From positions 1 through 64,000 of IMG/VR virus record IMGVR_UViG_3300026118_000002: 64,000 nucleotides of DNA. One strand, given 5' to 3'. Source of the stretch: a virus. This document shows positions 63,436-64,000 of this stretch, piece by piece (within the stretch, counting starts at the first letter, position 1; the number at the start of each line of letters is the position of its first letter). Both the position numbers and the translations under genes were made by a program. Below the pieces are notes generated by a model that saw only the letters and a program-made list of their open reading frames with translations, did no database searches and was not told the DNA's origin.

Positions 63436-63975
63436 TCATGCCAGTACCTCGATCTCGCGCTGGCGCATTAGGTACTCGCGCGCCCGACGCCCGCATGCCT
63501 CATCACAAAACACATTCCACTTGCTCACAGGACGCCCGCGCTTGCCGACGCCAGCCATAAGCTGCGCCTTCGTCGGATGCCCATCGAGCAGTTGCCACGA
63601 GCAGCCGCTGAACCAGCCGTCGCGCTGCATGCACTGAAGTCGCACGATCAGCCAATCCGGTACGTTCGCAAGTTTGGCAGCCAGAAAGACGCGCTGAAGT
63701 GACACCCAACTGTCGCTGTAGATCGCGCCTGTCCATGCATACGGAAGGCTCGCGCGCGCATTCAGGATGGCGAGCAGTTCTGTCAGGTTGTTCGTGATTG
63801 CGGGCAGCCCAGCCTCTGTCGGCGTGATGACGCTGCTTGCGCTTCTGACGATGCTGCCGTCGCGTACCTGGCACCATGCCCATGTGCCGCCGATCGGGCT
63901 TGGATTCGCGCCGATAACCCCGCCGTCGGCGTACACAGACTGAATGTCAATTAGTGATTCACTCATCACACACAC
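63436..63975 (-). CDS. Ribonuclease HI-like protein
   Basis: VYADGG, TNNLTEL, IYSDS, GH, WNVFCDE. Confidence 0.8.
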   Translation of the reverse strand: MCVMSESLIDIQSVYADGGVIGANPSPIGGTWAWCQVRDGSIVRSASSVITPTEAGLPAITNNLTELLAILNARASLPYAWTGAIYSDSWVSLQRVFLAAKLANVPDWLIVRLQCMQRDGWFSGCSWQLLDGHPTKAQLMAGVGKRGRPVSKWNVFCDEACGRRAREYLMRQREIEVLA

Positions 63976-64000
63976 TCACACTAATAGCCTTCCGGCGTAC

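Overview
The window is most of a temperate, siphovirus-type phage genome in excised (attP-intact) form; it is GC-rich and both ends fall within the leftward early region. Order: leftward early genes (1-2674); a cro/cI switch with consensus promoters and operators (2675-3246); membrane/lipoprotein accessory genes; a late region with lysis genes placed upstream of terminase (5.6-13 kb); packaging and head genes (13-20 kb); neck, decoration and tail genes (20-40.7 kb) that include a GT4-FkbM fusion and a Ser/Thr/Ala/Pro repeat protein; self-contained leftward cassettes (40.9-46 kb); and a long leftward region. That region holds a membrane coiled-coil cluster, HNH, RNA ligase, attP (3' half of tRNA-Thr CGT with arm repeats), tyrosine integrase and excisionase, two DNA methyltransferases (one frameshifted), a TGT-fold/DpdA-like protein, RuvC-like and RNase H-like genes. 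No replication genes are recognisable; they may lie outside the window. A monoderm host, possibly Chloroflexota, is my inference only. The most striking unexplained signal is an RNA layer: two apparently related, covarying tRNA-like cloverleaf RNAs (17440-17517 +, 34315-34412 -), each directly behind a sigma70-type promoter; a duplicated box-plus-terminator attenuator (17531, 37846); and a duplicated RBS-sequestering leader (3455, 4586). Family assignments come from motif recognition by eye; no searches were run.
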